A stretch of DNA of 64,000 nucleotides from contig CP089279.1 in assembly GCA_023920165.1 (NCBI GenBank), forward strand, positions 1,984,001 through 2,048,000, written 5' to 3'. Origin of the DNA: Curvularia clavata. Lineage: Eukaryota. Every line of letters starts with the position of its first letter. Position 1 is the first letter of the stretch. The notes under the pieces were generated by a model. That model did not search any database and had not been told where the DNA came from. It saw only the letters and a program-made list of their open reading frames with translations. The translations under genes and the position numbers were made by a program. Shown in pieces: positions 1 to 11,792 of this stretch.

Positions 1-74
1 CCAACAACATGACATTCAAGAACCAAACATTTCAAGTTCTTTCCATACATAATCAAGATTAACACTACCCCCAG

Positions 75-854
75 GCTCTCTTCACCGCTCGGTCATCCCT
101 CCTGTCATCCCAGATCCTCATCAACTCACTATCGGACCTACCCTCCAAGGCACCCGATCTCCCAGCCGAACTCCACCCTCTTATCGACATAGCCACCGCC
201 CAACTCCGCGGCCAAATCCCCGCCCCAGACCGTGAGATCCTCTCTAGCGACATTGAATCCTTCCTCTGCAACGCCGACATTATCGCCGACGCCCTCTCCA
301 CCCAACTCGGCACAATCACCAAGCACCTCTGCAAAATCGCCGATCCACTCAACTCACCTCCCACCCCGGATCTCAACGCAAGAGCAACCTCTCTCCATGA
401 AGAAGCCACTTGCAAACTCCCGGCAGAACTCCAATCTGCCCAGCTGCATCTAACCCACAGCTTCACAACACTCCTAGCCACACACTCCACCCTCCTCAGC
501 GCCGCCATCAAAATCCTCGAGCAAACGCAGCAAGGCGCTCTAGCCCGACACACGCGCTCATCTGCCGAGCTCCTGCACACGCGCGCCACGCTGCTCAGTC
601 TGCAGGCTAAAATCCACTCGTTCAGCCATCCACCGCCGGCAGAGTTTGTGGCTGCGCTCAAGCAGTTTAAGAAGAGCCAGGGGAGTGGAGAGAAGGCGCT
701 GAGGGATCGCGAGGCGCTGGCGAGACAGGAGTTGGAACTTTATGAGAGGGCAGGCGAGAGGGGGATGCGGGATTTGGCGAAGAGGAAGGAATGGTTAGTT
801 GCAGAGGTGCGGAGGGTGGAGGAGGAGATTGGGAAGTTGGAGCGGGGGGTGTGA
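75..854 (+). CDS. 3' exon of a coiled-coil protein, probably augmin/HAUS4-like subunit (5' part lies outside the window)
   Basis: Branch-like ATTAAC and CAG acceptor at 72-74, then an open frame ALFTARSSLL...ILEQTQQGALAR...EEEIGKLERGV* to TGA 854. The helical C-terminus resembles fungal HAUS4-like proteins as I recall them; the product call is tentative. Confidence 0.55.
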   Translation, partial: ALFTARSSLLSSQILINSLSDLPSKAPDLPAELHPLIDIATAQLRGQIPAPDREILSSDIESFLCNADIIADALSTQLGTITKHLCKIADPLNSPPTPDLNARATSLHEEATCKLPAELQSAQLHLTHSFTTLLATHSTLLSAAIKILEQTQQGALARHTRSSAELLHTRATLLSLQAKIHSFSHPPPAEFVAALKQFKKSQGSGEKALRDREALARQELELYERAGERGMRDLAKRKEWLVAEVRRVEEEIGKLERGV

Positions 855-961
855 AAGATAGTTATTGAAGAATTTAACCATGGCTACTAGATGTATCTAG
901 CTTTCTTTCGATCGTACTTCTCTATTGAATGATATGGCTAGAAGAAAACAACACAAGAGAT

Positions 962-2113
962 TCATTCAAATATTCCCTTCGCTGCAACAACCTTATACTG
1001 CTCATCCAGCACTTCTCCCTCGCCCTCATGCGTCCCGCTCCAAATCTTCTTAGCCCCCATTTCACAGATGCAGACTCTATCTACGCGTACGTCGCGCGCC
1101 CACACAAAGTCCTTATACTCTTCAATCAGATTTATCGTGTCGAATTGCATCCAGCTCTTTGCGTCGGGGCCGTGGCCTTCTCCCCGTCCGGGCGGTGCTT
1201 GATTTTGAGTACCTTTAGCGGTAGAAGATTCACCGAGACCAGACGCGTCACCATCTACTGACCCCGCTGTCGATGCTTCGTCATTTTCTCCGTCACCATG
1301 TGCTTCGTCATCGCTCTTGTGATGCGGCGAAATCCTATGTTCTACATACTTCAACCCATGTTTCAACTTCGCCGTCTTCGACCTTCCTCTACTCGCCTTC
1401 GGCTTCGCATAAATCGTATTCATAATCGTAGCATGTAACTTCAACGGCCTTGTATCCGGAACCATAAATCCCTTTTCCGTGAACTGCTCCCTTAATGCCA
1501 ACGCAAACAGCGGTAAGCGCAGGGACGGATCCCGCGGCTCGGCGTACAAGATGCTTGTTTTGTGCGGTGCTTGCATGGGTACTAGGGCTTCGAGATTGAG
1601 ATACATGGCATCCGTGTCCGGCATGCTTGCAGGTGTGAGGTTTTCGCCTATCTCGCCTTGCTCTGCGGCCTTTTCGGCTATTCGGCGGTGCGTGATGTCG
1701 CGGAGGAGATTGTGGAGGTCCAAGTCTTCCAGATATTGTTTCGCTTCTTCCAGCTCCCGAGGGTTGAGACTCATGACGCCTAGGGTGAGATGAAGCGTGC
1801 CCACTGGTCGCACGGCTTTGACGGATACAGAGTTATCGTTGATCAGATCTTGTTTGAACTTGTCAAGCCCTTGTTGGAGCTGTGGTCTGCTGGTATCCGT
1901 GACAAGTGGGAGACACAAGAAGTGTGTGAGTGGGGGTTTCTTTCCTGCGCTCTTGCCCGGCTTCTTGCTTCCTCTAGAATGCCGGCCTGTCGGTACCGAC
2001 GAGTTGTCTTGGGCTGGGAATGACTGTAGCGATGTTCGAATTTCAGCATTGTCGCGCAGTTTCTCGCCGTCCAGAAAATCGTTGTACTCGCTTTTTGATT
2101 TTTTCTTACCCAT
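962..2113 (-). CDS. 2H phosphoesterase (AKAP7 2'-5' RNA ligase-like / ASCC1-like domain) protein
   Basis: Intronless ORF from MGKKKSKSEY. It has LTHFLCLPL and two HxT motifs (TLHLTLGVM, LKLHATIMNT). Confidence 0.8.
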   Translation of the reverse strand: MGKKKSKSEYNDFLDGEKLRDNAEIRTSLQSFPAQDNSSVPTGRHSRGSKKPGKSAGKKPPLTHFLCLPLVTDTSRPQLQQGLDKFKQDLINDNSVSVKAVRPVGTLHLTLGVMSLNPRELEEAKQYLEDLDLHNLLRDITHRRIAEKAAEQGEIGENLTPASMPDTDAMYLNLEALVPMQAPHKTSILYAEPRDPSLRLPLFALALREQFTEKGFMVPDTRPLKLHATIMNTIYAKPKASRGRSKTAKLKHGLKYVEHRISPHHKSDDEAHGDGENDEASTAGSVDGDASGLGESSTAKGTQNQAPPGRGEGHGPDAKSWMQFDTINLIEEYKDFVWARDVRVDRVCICEMGAKKIWSGTHEGEGEVLDEQYKVVAAKGIFE

Positions 2114-3015
2114 CGTCGGCTGTGCAATGTAAAACCGTGTGGGTGGAAGCTGGCTTTTTAGTTGCTGCGAAACACTGTAGAAAATGGGTAGTCTCGAGGT
2201 TGAAGTAGTAATTCGACAAATGATTGGCCCAAAAGCAGCTTTATGCACGTTGGCTGCAACCAACATGAGCACTGGAACGGATCCCAGTAGGAGAAAAAAT
2301 CAATCAATGAGCAGACTCGAAGCAGACGCAGAGTGAGAAATAGACGCGCCGAGTCAGAAGACGCGCATGACACAATCAACGGTAATAGCGGCAGGATGAT
2401 GGGAAAAGTGTGTTAGACCGGGCTCCGAACAATGAAACCACCAGTGGTGTTGAACTCTGATGGGTCAAGCTGGCGGCCTATCACGGGCTGGACGCTGGGC
2501 AGCGAAATGACGTAGGCTTCAAGGCGGGGTGATAGGCGCCGCCGCCCGCCCGCCTCGGCCGCCGTTTCGTCTCAAGCGCGGTGGGCGTTCGGCCCTTTAC
2601 CACTCAGCGCTTGGTAGGGCTGAGGAACATTCTGTAGCACAAAAGGAGCATGCATCTGCGCACGAGATTGGCGTTCTTTACTCATCGAACGCCTTCAAGT
2701 CCAACGCGATGCGCTGCAAGAAACATATCCATAAGACGGGATTGGGGTAGGCTACGTAGAGTACTGACTACCCAACGACGACATGTACAGCGAAACAAGC
2801 CTGAAAACTCAAAGATACGGATGCGAACAGAGGAAAAAGAATTCGTTAAAGATTAGAGCGCGGCAGTAGGTAGGATAGGAAGACCAGTGTCACGCGTCGC
2901 TCGTCGAGGCGGACCAGTCCAGAGCTCCTCTTGCTGCAAATGCCCCTTGTCCTCCAGACGAGCATGGCGAGTGCGAGACGGGAACTCGCGCCATTGCTGT
3001 TGCGGTGGCATACCC

Positions 3016-3740
3016 TCAAGCATCTTCGTCCTTGTAAAACTCCTTGAGGATGTCCTTGACCTCTGCAAACTCCTTCTTGGCCTGCTTGATGATCTTTGCC
3101 AGATTTTCCTGAGCTTGCTCTTCTGTAATGTCCTTGAGGCCTGCGTCGTCCTTCAACTGGCCATAATGCTGGATCTTCTCGCACGAGTCCTTGACTTTGG
3201 TAAGGCCGAGGGTGGCGGACGAGCCCTTGAGGAAATGGCCGAGCTCACTAAGCTCCTTGAGGTACTTGCCCTCCTTCTTTTCCCTGCGTTGGGTTAGCCA
3301 TGGCAGCTCGGAGCAGTGACGGGCGTTGGGGCGTTGCGGGAGGGTGTGTCGTCATGGTGATGGCGGGCGGCGGGCACTCACAGCTCCTTGTCCATCTTCT
3401 TGAAGGTCTGGTCTGCCTGGCCGAAGAAATCGTAGACGATGCTTTTGCTAAACTCGCGCTCTTCCTCGTCCTCGTCCATCTCGAGGATCTGCTCAAAGGT
3501 GGCAGGGTCGATCTGGTCCTCGGCACCGGGAATCGACATGATGTCGCCGCTCTATTTTGGGGAAAAAAACTTGGGTTAGGAAGCGAAGAGACTCAGGGCG
3601 CACGACGAGTGTAGGTGGACGGGAAACGCAGGGAAGACGGGCAGGCGCTGCACACTGGCAGAGACATGTCGGGGTTGTAGGTAGGAGCAAACGATGGGGA
3701 TGAGGGGTACACGAACCTTGTCTTCGGTAGTAGCCGACAT
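3016..3740 (-). CDS. YPD1: Histidine phosphotransfer protein Ypd1
   Basis: Exons 3740-3717, 3551-3382, 3283-3016 with GT-AG introns. Translation contains TFEQILEMDEDEEEREFSKSIV and LSELGHFLKGSSATLGL (phospho-His motif HFLKGSS). Confidence 0.95.
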
Positions 3741-5988
3741 GTTGGTCACGACGGAACCGCAAACGCGATGGGCAGGAAGCGCTCTTGGATCCGGGACGAA
3801 GATGCTGTCGACACCCTATGGCACTGGTGTCGCAGCGAGAGCCAGTAGTCGGGGCCGCGAACGGATATTTTTTCGCGCCTGAGCAGTGGGCCGTGCGGGC
3901 GTCGGATTCACTGGCCGGTGCTGGATCGGGCTTAGTGGATGACGAAAGGGTCGGCCCGTTGGAGTTGTGAGCGCCGTTGCTCGAGCTGAGGACGTTGCCC
4001 AAGGGTCAGTGTCTAGGGACAATGCAGGGTGGGCAGTCGAGTGTGACTGTGACTGTGACTGCCGAACAGCTACGCACAAAAGTCAAAGCCTGGCACTCGG
4101 TCGCCGTTAGTTTGTCTGTCTTTCCACGGAACTGAATGCCGAAGAAGCGGCCGCAGGTACGCTGTTTATGGTAGGATTGGGGCGATGTGTGAGGAAGAAA
4201 GAGAAAAAGCAGGTGTGGGCAGCGGCGGTCACGGGAACGGGGCTGATATACGGCGGGCAGTGTTCTAGAAGGTGAGAGCTGGCGATGTTTGCATCACCGT
4301 GGAAAGAGGGGAGGGGGGTGGAGGGGGGGCGGAGGGAGTTGGGAGGGGGGCACGGGACGATGAGCAGTGCGAGAAGGGCTCGATAGAGGTGGGTGGGTAC
4401 CTCGACGTCAATCGGCAGCCCATCAGTTGCCGTTAATCGCTTGTCACAAAGCCCTACTCTACGAGTCGTCTTGTTTCCCGTGGCTGACTGGAGACGCCCC
4501 CCCTCGCCGTTACCAGTCATACCATCGGGTACCCGGCCAAAAGTAATGCACCGTGTGGAGTCGGCCTCTGACCTGGCAAGCCTGCACCACCGTGTGTGGT
4601 GTGCCTCTGCGGCTGATGAGGCTAGCCGAAGCCTTCGCCTGTACCGCCCTGTCCCCTCGGGAGGGCCATGTCCATCCGCACGCAGAGGTCGAAGAGAGGA
4701 AGAAGCTGTCGAGGGTATGCCAAGCGGGTCTGGAAGCGTTCGATATCGGTTTTCTCCCGCTGCTGTAACTGTCGAGGCGGGGTGTGAGCATGCGAATATA
4801 AACACAGACGAGGGTTGGTTTTTTCGCTTCGTGACAAACGACGTCACTTCTGTGCCTGTCGTCATTGCGCATGCGACTTTGCCAGACCCTGAATTGAGGC
4901 TTGCTGCCCATGAGCCAACCACTCATACCGCGCTCCCCAACCACACTCAAAGCTATGCGCAACCGCTGTCTTGACTTCACCCTTTCCCGCTGTCCTTACT
5001 CTGCCAAGACCAATCACTCTGCAGCCTGTGCTATTCCGCCGGTTTGACCAAGATATCTTTTTGGGAAAACCACGACATGCTATAGGGCCGGGCACTAAAG
5101 CCACGCGACAGGGCATAACCATGTACCCTGGCCGTGGTTTTTCCGTATAAACCTGCGTCATGCGTGATTCATACTCTTCCGGCGAGCTCCGAGCTGCAAT
5201 AGGTTGCTGCTCTCTCGTGGCTAGTCCACACTTGAGGAAATGGCGGGAAAAAAGGGCGGTCATGGGGAGACATCCAGGATCAGCCTGGATGAGCTCCGTG
5301 TGCAGAGCAGCGAGGGTCCCAGCCATCGCTGCTGCAGGGTAAACGAGTGGAGCGGCTATCTAGTCTTCTGATTGGTGTTGGAGAGAGCACTTGGTCCACG
5401 ATGTCTCAAGCGGTACCAGGCCAGCTTTTTTTGTTGACCACCACGACCAAGTCTGATCGGTCTGAAATCCTGCCCATGCCCACTGTGACCTATGTACATA
5501 TGTCGGTACAGTCACACAGCAGGGAACTGCTTCGCACATCCACCCACGGCAAGCAAGCGAAATCGGCGCACGCGAGCAGTAGGTCGAAGCTTTCCGGGAA
5601 CTAACGTCATAACATTGTGTGTAAGACTGACGCCTCACTGCACTGGGAAGGGATCGGCACAAACATTCATCGTCTTACTCCAAATAGCCAACCATGTGCG
5701 GGCGTGTGGGGGCTGCGGTGAACAACTGCACCTCGAATAGCTCGGTCAAGGATGCCGGAAATCAGAAGGTGGTCTCAGATCGAGCCACTAGATCGAACAA
5801 CTCCAAACACAATAAGAGGAAACCCGAAGGATTGGAACAGTTTGTCATTTCTCATATACGTAGACATTGAATGTTTTCAGCTGCTTATCGCAGCCGCTGT
5901 GTAATATGCTACAGTAGCCATGCCCCGGCGCGCCCAAGGTCCATACATCGTCACAATCGATGAACATGGGACACAGTCAGCGCATTTC

Positions 5989-7502
5989 TTAGCCCTTGAC
6001 CTTGTAGATGGCCTCGGCAAGGCGACCGACGTTTTCGCTAGTGATACCAGCGACCGAGATACGGCCGTCCTTGGTGGCATAGACCGAGTGCTGTCATGTT
6101 AGTCAGCGACTTGCTATCAATATGGACCAACTACCAGACTTACCTCCTTAGCCAGCTTGTCCATCTGCTCTGCTGTCAGGCCCGTGTATGCGAACATGCC
6201 AATCTGCGATGTGATGTGGCTCCAATCGTGCTTGCTTCCGAGTTTCTCGAGGTTTTCCTTGAGGAGTGCGCGCATGGTGATGATACGGTCAGCCATGCCC
6301 TTGACCTCACCAAGCCATTGCTTGTTGAGTGAAGCGTCGTTCAGGATCTCAGAGGCAATACGGGCGCCGTGAACTGGGGGGTTGGAGTACAACGGGCGGA
6401 TGAGGATCTTGATCTGGGAGTCGACACGCTTCTTCTCCTCAGCAGACTCGCAAACAACCGAGAAAGCACCCACACGCTCGCCGTACAGACCCATGTTCTT
6501 GGCGAATGACTGAGCCAGGACGGGACGGAGACCCTCCTTGATGAAGTGGCGCAGCGCAAAGGCGTCCTTGGTGGTGTCACCGCTGGCAAAGCCCTGGTAG
6601 GCCATGTCGAAGAAGGGGAAGTGGTCACCCTCCTTGACGGCATCGGCAATCTTGGTCCACTGCTCCTCAGTAGGGTCGACACCAGTGGGGTTGTGCGCGC
6701 AGGCGTGGAGCAGGACAATGCTGTTCTTGGGCATGGCCTTGATGTCGGCAATCATTCCCTCAAAGTCGAGGCCAATGGTGTCCTTGTTGTAGTAGCGGTA
6801 CTTCTCGACCTTAAGGCCAGAGTCCTTGAAGACGGCATTGTGGTTGGCCCATGAGGGCGTGGGGATGTAGATAGTCTTTGGGCCGGGATAGTGGCGCTCA
6901 AGGAAGGCACCACCGATGCGCAGGGCACCGGTGCCGGAGATGGACTGAGTGACAGCGATGCAGTCATCGTTGAGGGGCTTTGAGTCAGCGCCGTATGCGA
7001 GCCTGAGCGCGGCCTTGGTGAAGTTGGGTACACCGGTGATGCCAGCGTACTCCTTGTCCAGAGCTGAGTCAACGACCTTCTTCTCTGCCTCCCTGACCGA
7101 GGGCAGGACGTAGGGCTTGCCCTTGTCATCGCGGTAGGCTCCGACGCCTGAGGTGTACGATCAGTCGAAACGTTCTTCTTCTGTAGCTCTCCACCTTCAC
7201 TGACCGAGATTTATCTTCTTGGGGTTGCTGTCGGCCTTGTAGGCTTCGGTAATACCCAGAATGGCCTGTAGTGAGCACGGTGAGCTGGCGCATGGTCATT
7301 ATGTATACACAGAGGTTACACATACATCCTAGACGTGTGCATTAGCATTAAAACGACTCAATTGGATAGCAGATTGCTTTTAGCCACGTACTGGAGGGCC
7401 CTGGGGCACCTGCGACCAAGCGGAGACAGCTCGGACACTGGTCTTGAGCGACAGCTGCTTGGTCGCCGCCTGGCGCAGCGCCGTTCTTGATGAGGCGAGC
7501 AT
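5989..7502 (-). CDS. AAT1: Mitochondrial aspartate aminotransferase
   Basis: Exons 7502-7392, 7328-7326 (3 nt), 7265-7205, 7147-6144, 6090-5989. R/K/S-rich presequence, [22 protein letters not shown], and PLP-lysine motif [12 protein letters not shown]. Confidence 0.95.
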
Positions 7503-7681
7503 GGTGGATGGGAAGGCGAAGGACAATTGAGAGACGAGAGCTGAGTGGACAAGAGGAATGCTTGTCAAACGCAGTGGAAACAGCTGTAGTAGTCAGCGTG
7601 AGTGGGTGGTCTGAGCAAAATACCCCAGAAAAGCAATAGTCTCCACGCCCGCCGCGGGAGAGCTCGATCACGACGTAAACT

Positions 7682-7688
7682 ATGACTC
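7682..7688. promoter_or_regulatory. Candidate Gcn4/CpcA (CPC-1) element upstream of AAT
   Basis: ATGACTC about 180 bp upstream of the AAT ATG, in the AAT/GEP3 divergent promoter. Confidence 0.35.
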
Positions 7689-7916
7689 GGCCCGGGCAAA
7701 AACACGGCGGCCTGCGATTGGCCCGCCGCCCTTGCAGGCATCCCTGCTAACTCCGACAACCTCCGTGGTAATTTTTCTGGCCAAATGGTTGCGCGCGTGA
7801 GAATGGCCTAGTACTACGTCGCATGCTACACATACATTGTATTCAGCAACACTATCGCGCTACTACATGATAGCCTCGTCCGTATCAAATCTATCGCTTC
7901 GTTTTCCAGAACCAGC

Positions 7917-10181
7917 ATGCGACGCGCCCTCAGGCATGCTTCGACGCTGCTGAACCATGAGGCCCCGATCCCACTATTCCTCTGCCCGGCCCTGCTCAGA
8001 GCGCCTATAACCACAACTCGCCGCCACCCTTCACGAATCTCGTCTTCGACAAGTTTTTCGACTTCCGCATCAAGAAAGGAGAACTTCACCGCTAATGCCC
8101 CTCTCGTCGACGATGCTGATGCTCCCCCGCAGCATCACCCCGCAGCAGAAACACCACCAGTTGCAAGATCGCTGCCTCGAGCTTGTCCAGGATGCGGGGC
8201 GCCGGCGCAGAGTTATGAGCAAAAGGAGGCAGGGTACTACAGCACAGACAGGAAAGCCGTACGGACATATCTGAACTGGGCTCCAACTACATCCAAAGAT
8301 ACGACGCAAGAGGATCTTGTTTACGACAGGGCACTCAGTGATATCGACCCCGAGTTACTGAGCCAACTAGGTATTTCCAAAGAGGGAAAGGGAGTTCCTG
8401 AAGACAACGAGCCACCGCCAACCCCCGTGTGCGACCGATGCCATAATCTCCTCCACCATCGCGTGGGGTCACCCATCTACCATCCGACCGTCGATGCCAT
8501 ACAACAGACCATCGCCGAGTCGCCGCACCGGCGCAACCACATTTACCACGTTGTCGATGCTGCCGACTTCCCTCTCTCAATTGTCCCAAACCTTCAGTCC
8601 TCGTTGCGCATTCCCAAACTGCGAACACAAAACAGGCGAGCGAAACACAAGGGCTGGGTCGCCAACGACCGCATTGCGGAGGTCAGCTTCATCATCACAA
8701 GAGCTGATCTCTTAGCGCCAAAGAAGGAGCAGGTTGATGCGCTGATGCCCTATGTTCGAGATGTTCTCCGAGATGCGCTCGGCCGACAGAATGCGAATGC
8801 ACGCCTAGGTAATGTACGACTTGTCAGCGCGAAGCGGGGATGGTGGACTAAGCAGGTCAAAGAAGACATATGGGACCGCGGAGGTGCAGGCTGGATGGTC
8901 GGCAAGGTCAATGTGGGAAAATCGAATCTCTTTGAAGCCGTATTTCCCAAGGGACGAGGGGCAGACTACCAGGATGTGCGCAAGATACGGAGTGCAGCAG
9001 AAAGAGAGGCAATGCTCAGTAACGCAAAAACTCTGGAAGAGCTTGTGCAGGTTCAACGACAACTAGCTGAAGAGGACGCTGAGACAGAGCGTCTAAAGAA
9101 CAAACCGCAGGAGCATCTTCATCAACCTCCAGCAGAACTCGAAGAGACACCCGAAGAAGAGGACGTCGACGATCCGGATGCTCTCCTTCCTCCGCCACAG
9201 CCTTACACGCCTTATCCCGTTCTTCCTATTGCCTCTTCTCTCCCTGGCACCACCGCCTCTCCAATCCGCATACCTTTTGGACAGAACCGAGGCGAACTCA
9301 TCGACCTTCCAGGTCTTGCACGCACATCCCCCGGACTGGAGACTTTTGTACAGCCGTCAGCACAGGACGATCTTGTCATGAAGCACCGAATCAACTCTGA
9401 GCGCTATACCCTCAAACCTGGACAATCTCTTATTCTTGGTGGAGGATTGGTACGAATCACCCCTGTGACCGAGGACCTTGTCTTCCTTGTGTACCCTTTT
9501 GTGCCCATTCACCCACACGTCACCCGCACTTCAAAGGCCGAAGAGTACCAAACCCAAACTTCCGAACGACAGCTTCAGACCCCACCCATCCTGGCCCCAG
9601 ACGTAGGCTCAAAGATGAGGTCTGCCGGTAGATTCCAACTCAAATGGGATGTGACCAAGAAACTAGCCGGCCCCGTAACGTCGCCTGTGGCTGGTAAAAT
9701 GCGACCAGAAAACCTTCCCTTCAGAGTCTGGAGCACCGACATCTTGATTGAGGGCGTGGGCTGGATCGAAGTCTCGGCCCAGACACGCCGGCCACAGGGC
9801 TGGAAACCCCCGGGTCTTGTAAAGAAGGACCCGAACCAAGCCAAGCTCGACCGCGAGGCCAGAATGAAAGCAGACGCAGACCGGAAGCAGCGGAAATTCG
9901 ATGCCATTGCGCGCGCAGAAAGGGAAGGCCGCGATCCGCAGGAAGTTATTGAAGAGGAATTCTACGAAGACGACAAAAAGGACAACATGTTGCAGTGGGA
10001 AGAGAATTATCCTGAGGTTGAAGTCTTCTCGCCTCTAGGCAAGTTCGTGGGCCAGCGACGTCCCATGTGTGCCAGCACGGTGAGCGGACCCAAGCAGATT
10101 TCTAGCAGGGAGCGCAAGCAGAGACCCAGGAGGAGCATGGTAAGCGTGAAGAAGCAGCGGAAGCCAAAAGGTGCAGAATGA
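7917..10181 (+). CDS. GEP3: Mitochondrial circularly permuted GTPase Gep3/Mtg3 (YqeH/NOA1 family)
   Basis: 754-aa intronless ORF with a presequence, Zn-finger CPGCG/CDRC, DAADFP, TRADLL (G4), SAKRGW (G5), GKVNVGKS (G1), PGTT (G2) and DLPG (G3) in permuted order. Confidence 0.9.
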   Translation: MRRALRHASTLLNHEAPIPLFLCPALLRAPITTTRRHPSRISSSTSFSTSASRKENFTANAPLVDDADAPPQHHPAAETPPVARSLPRACPGCGAPAQSYEQKEAGYYSTDRKAVRTYLNWAPTTSKDTTQEDLVYDRALSDIDPELLSQLGISKEGKGVPEDNEPPPTPVCDRCHNLLHHRVGSPIYHPTVDAIQQTIAESPHRRNHIYHVVDAADFPLSIVPNLQSSLRIPKLRTQNRRAKHKGWVANDRIAEVSFIITRADLLAPKKEQVDALMPYVRDVLRDALGRQNANARLGNVRLVSAKRGWWTKQVKEDIWDRGGAGWMVGKVNVGKSNLFEAVFPKGRGADYQDVRKIRSAAEREAMLSNAKTLEELVQVQRQLAEEDAETERLKNKPQEHLHQPPAELEETPEEEDVDDPDALLPPPQPYTPYPVLPIASSLPGTTASPIRIPFGQNRGELIDLPGLARTSPGLETFVQPSAQDDLVMKHRINSERYTLKPGQSLILGGGLVRITPVTEDLVFLVYPFVPIHPHVTRTSKAEEYQTQTSERQLQTPPILAPDVGSKMRSAGRFQLKWDVTKKLAGPVTSPVAGKMRPENLPFRVWSTDILIEGVGWIEVSAQTRRPQGWKPPGLVKKDPNQAKLDREARMKADADRKQRKFDAIARAEREGRDPQEVIEEEFYEDDKKDNMLQWEENYPEVEVFSPLGKFVGQRRPMCASTVSGPKQISSRERKQRPRRSMVSVKKQRKPKGAE

Positions 10182-10648
10182 GTTTGAGCGGTTGGTCACA
10201 ACGCTTTCAACTCAGTGTACGATAATAAATGTGAAATATCTGTTTTTCAACTCTTCTGAAACTGGGATGTAGCTGTGCAACATAACTTGGACAATAATCA
10301 AGTACAAAAACAACACTAAGAACTGTCTTGTTCCAACTTTAGGTCCCTACCGCAGTGCCGGAGCAAAAGTACACTACATATTGCAACCTATCAAAAAATA
10401 AACTCCGAGTAACCCTTGGGGTCACATATTCAACTATGTCACATATTTCCATTCCGCACCCCCATTCCGCCCCACCTTTGCAGGCAAGATATACCGTGGT
10501 TTTGCGATGCGATGCCAACGCCCTTAACGCCAGTCTATCCATCTCCACTTCGCCCCATGATGCTCCCGCATCCCTCATATCCGGTATTGTATGCGTTTGT
10601 CCAACCCTAGCGTCAAAGAAAGAAAACCGGCTTAGACCTCTTTTCCGT

Positions 10649-11792
10649 CTAGCTTATGTTTTCCAGCTTGGCCAGGTATGCCTGCTGCTCGACGGCGCAA
10701 TTTCGACCTTCTCTGTCACAACCAGGGAAACCAGCGACGATATCGCCGTCTTTGAACTGGCCGTTTCGCTCGTTGGCAGGGCCTACGGCATAGGAGTTGA
10801 GAAGGTTCTGGGGTATCATGGCGAGTTTGGCGAGGATTGTGCCGTGCCATCTAGTTGACATGGGTTAGCTTGCTGCTTTTATGCTAACATCTCGTCTATG
10901 GGGACATATTCAACAGTCCTCAGAAATCACTCACTGTACAATGTGCTCCAGCGCATGGTATTCGGCTTTTTGGAAGTTGTAGCTTCGGTAGATAGGGTCG
11001 AACCAAGCATCCAGGAAGAACTTTGCCCACTCTCCGTTGCGAATTACAAAACTACTCGGTGCCAGTCCGTCTTTGTCCTGCGTGATGACAAAGTCTATCC
11101 GGTCGCCCTTCAGGTTGCTGAATGTCTTGATGACGCTTTCTGGAGGAACGACGGGGGCATTGGTGAGCATGTAGGACTCAAGCTTGGTGGGCGCAAGGAC
11201 CGCGGCGTGAAGGGGAATGTCCATGTTCATTATCAGGGCGGTATGGTCAAGATACCACACAAACATAGAGGTGGGATAGAGTGTCATGGCATGGCGGACT
11301 GCAGGCACGCGAGACCAGGTGGCTGGAGAGTTGCCGATAGGGTACTGATTGTTGGTTGGGAAGAAGGTTAGGTAGCCTGATGGATGTCAATATCTGCCGA
11401 ATGTTCGAGGCAACCTGTCCACTGGCATGCAACATACCGTGCTTTCTGGCGTAGGCCTCGCGATTCTTCCTTATCTTCGCTGTCCATGTGGGATCCATCT
11501 TGGGGTCCACGACTGTGACAATCACAACAGGCGGGCCGCTCCCGATCTTGGGCTTTGGAATGTTCGCCGTAGTCCAGCCTCCCACCTTGGTGCCTTTCCT
11601 GGTGGTAGAGCCTCCGCTTCCACTTAGCATCCAGACGAGTACAAAGAAGCCCAATATGCCACCAGCCAACAGCCGTCCAGCTCTGCTCCGGAGTAGATTC
11701 TTGAGCGCTGGTGGTATGGGAATCCCGCCTTGGCTCCTGGCATCGTATGCCGGCGGCCGCGATGTCTTTCGTGGTGGCATAGCGAGATGCAT
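10649..11792 (-). CDS. MNN11: GT34 Golgi glycosyltransferase, alpha-1,6-mannosyltransferase subunit Mnn11-like
   Basis: Exons 11792-11438, 11376-10935, 10850-10649. N-terminus MHLAMPPRKTSRPP, single TM anchor, NREAYARKHGY, WYLD, FLDAWFDP, ALEHIVQWH. Confidence 0.8.

Noticed and set aside
4043..4060. (GTGACT)3 tandem upstream of YPD1
   Set aside because: Three units of a hexamer are within ordinary microsatellite noise.
4107..4974. Overlapping 271-aa (-) and 193-aa (+) ORFs as genes
   Set aside because: They have no recognisable motifs and an R/P/S-rich composition typical of GC-rich non-coding frames; the + ORF also starts at GTG.
5030..5085. snR30/U17 (TATTCC and AAACCA resemble m1/m2)
   Set aside because: There is no ACA box 7 nt after the m2-like motif, and that motif is sequestered in a 12-bp helix.
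4400..5870. Telomerase RNA as the identity of the structured region
   Set aside because: I found no CCCTAA-containing template on either strand in this interval, despite TER-like size, structure and a three-way-junction-like element near 5520-5595.
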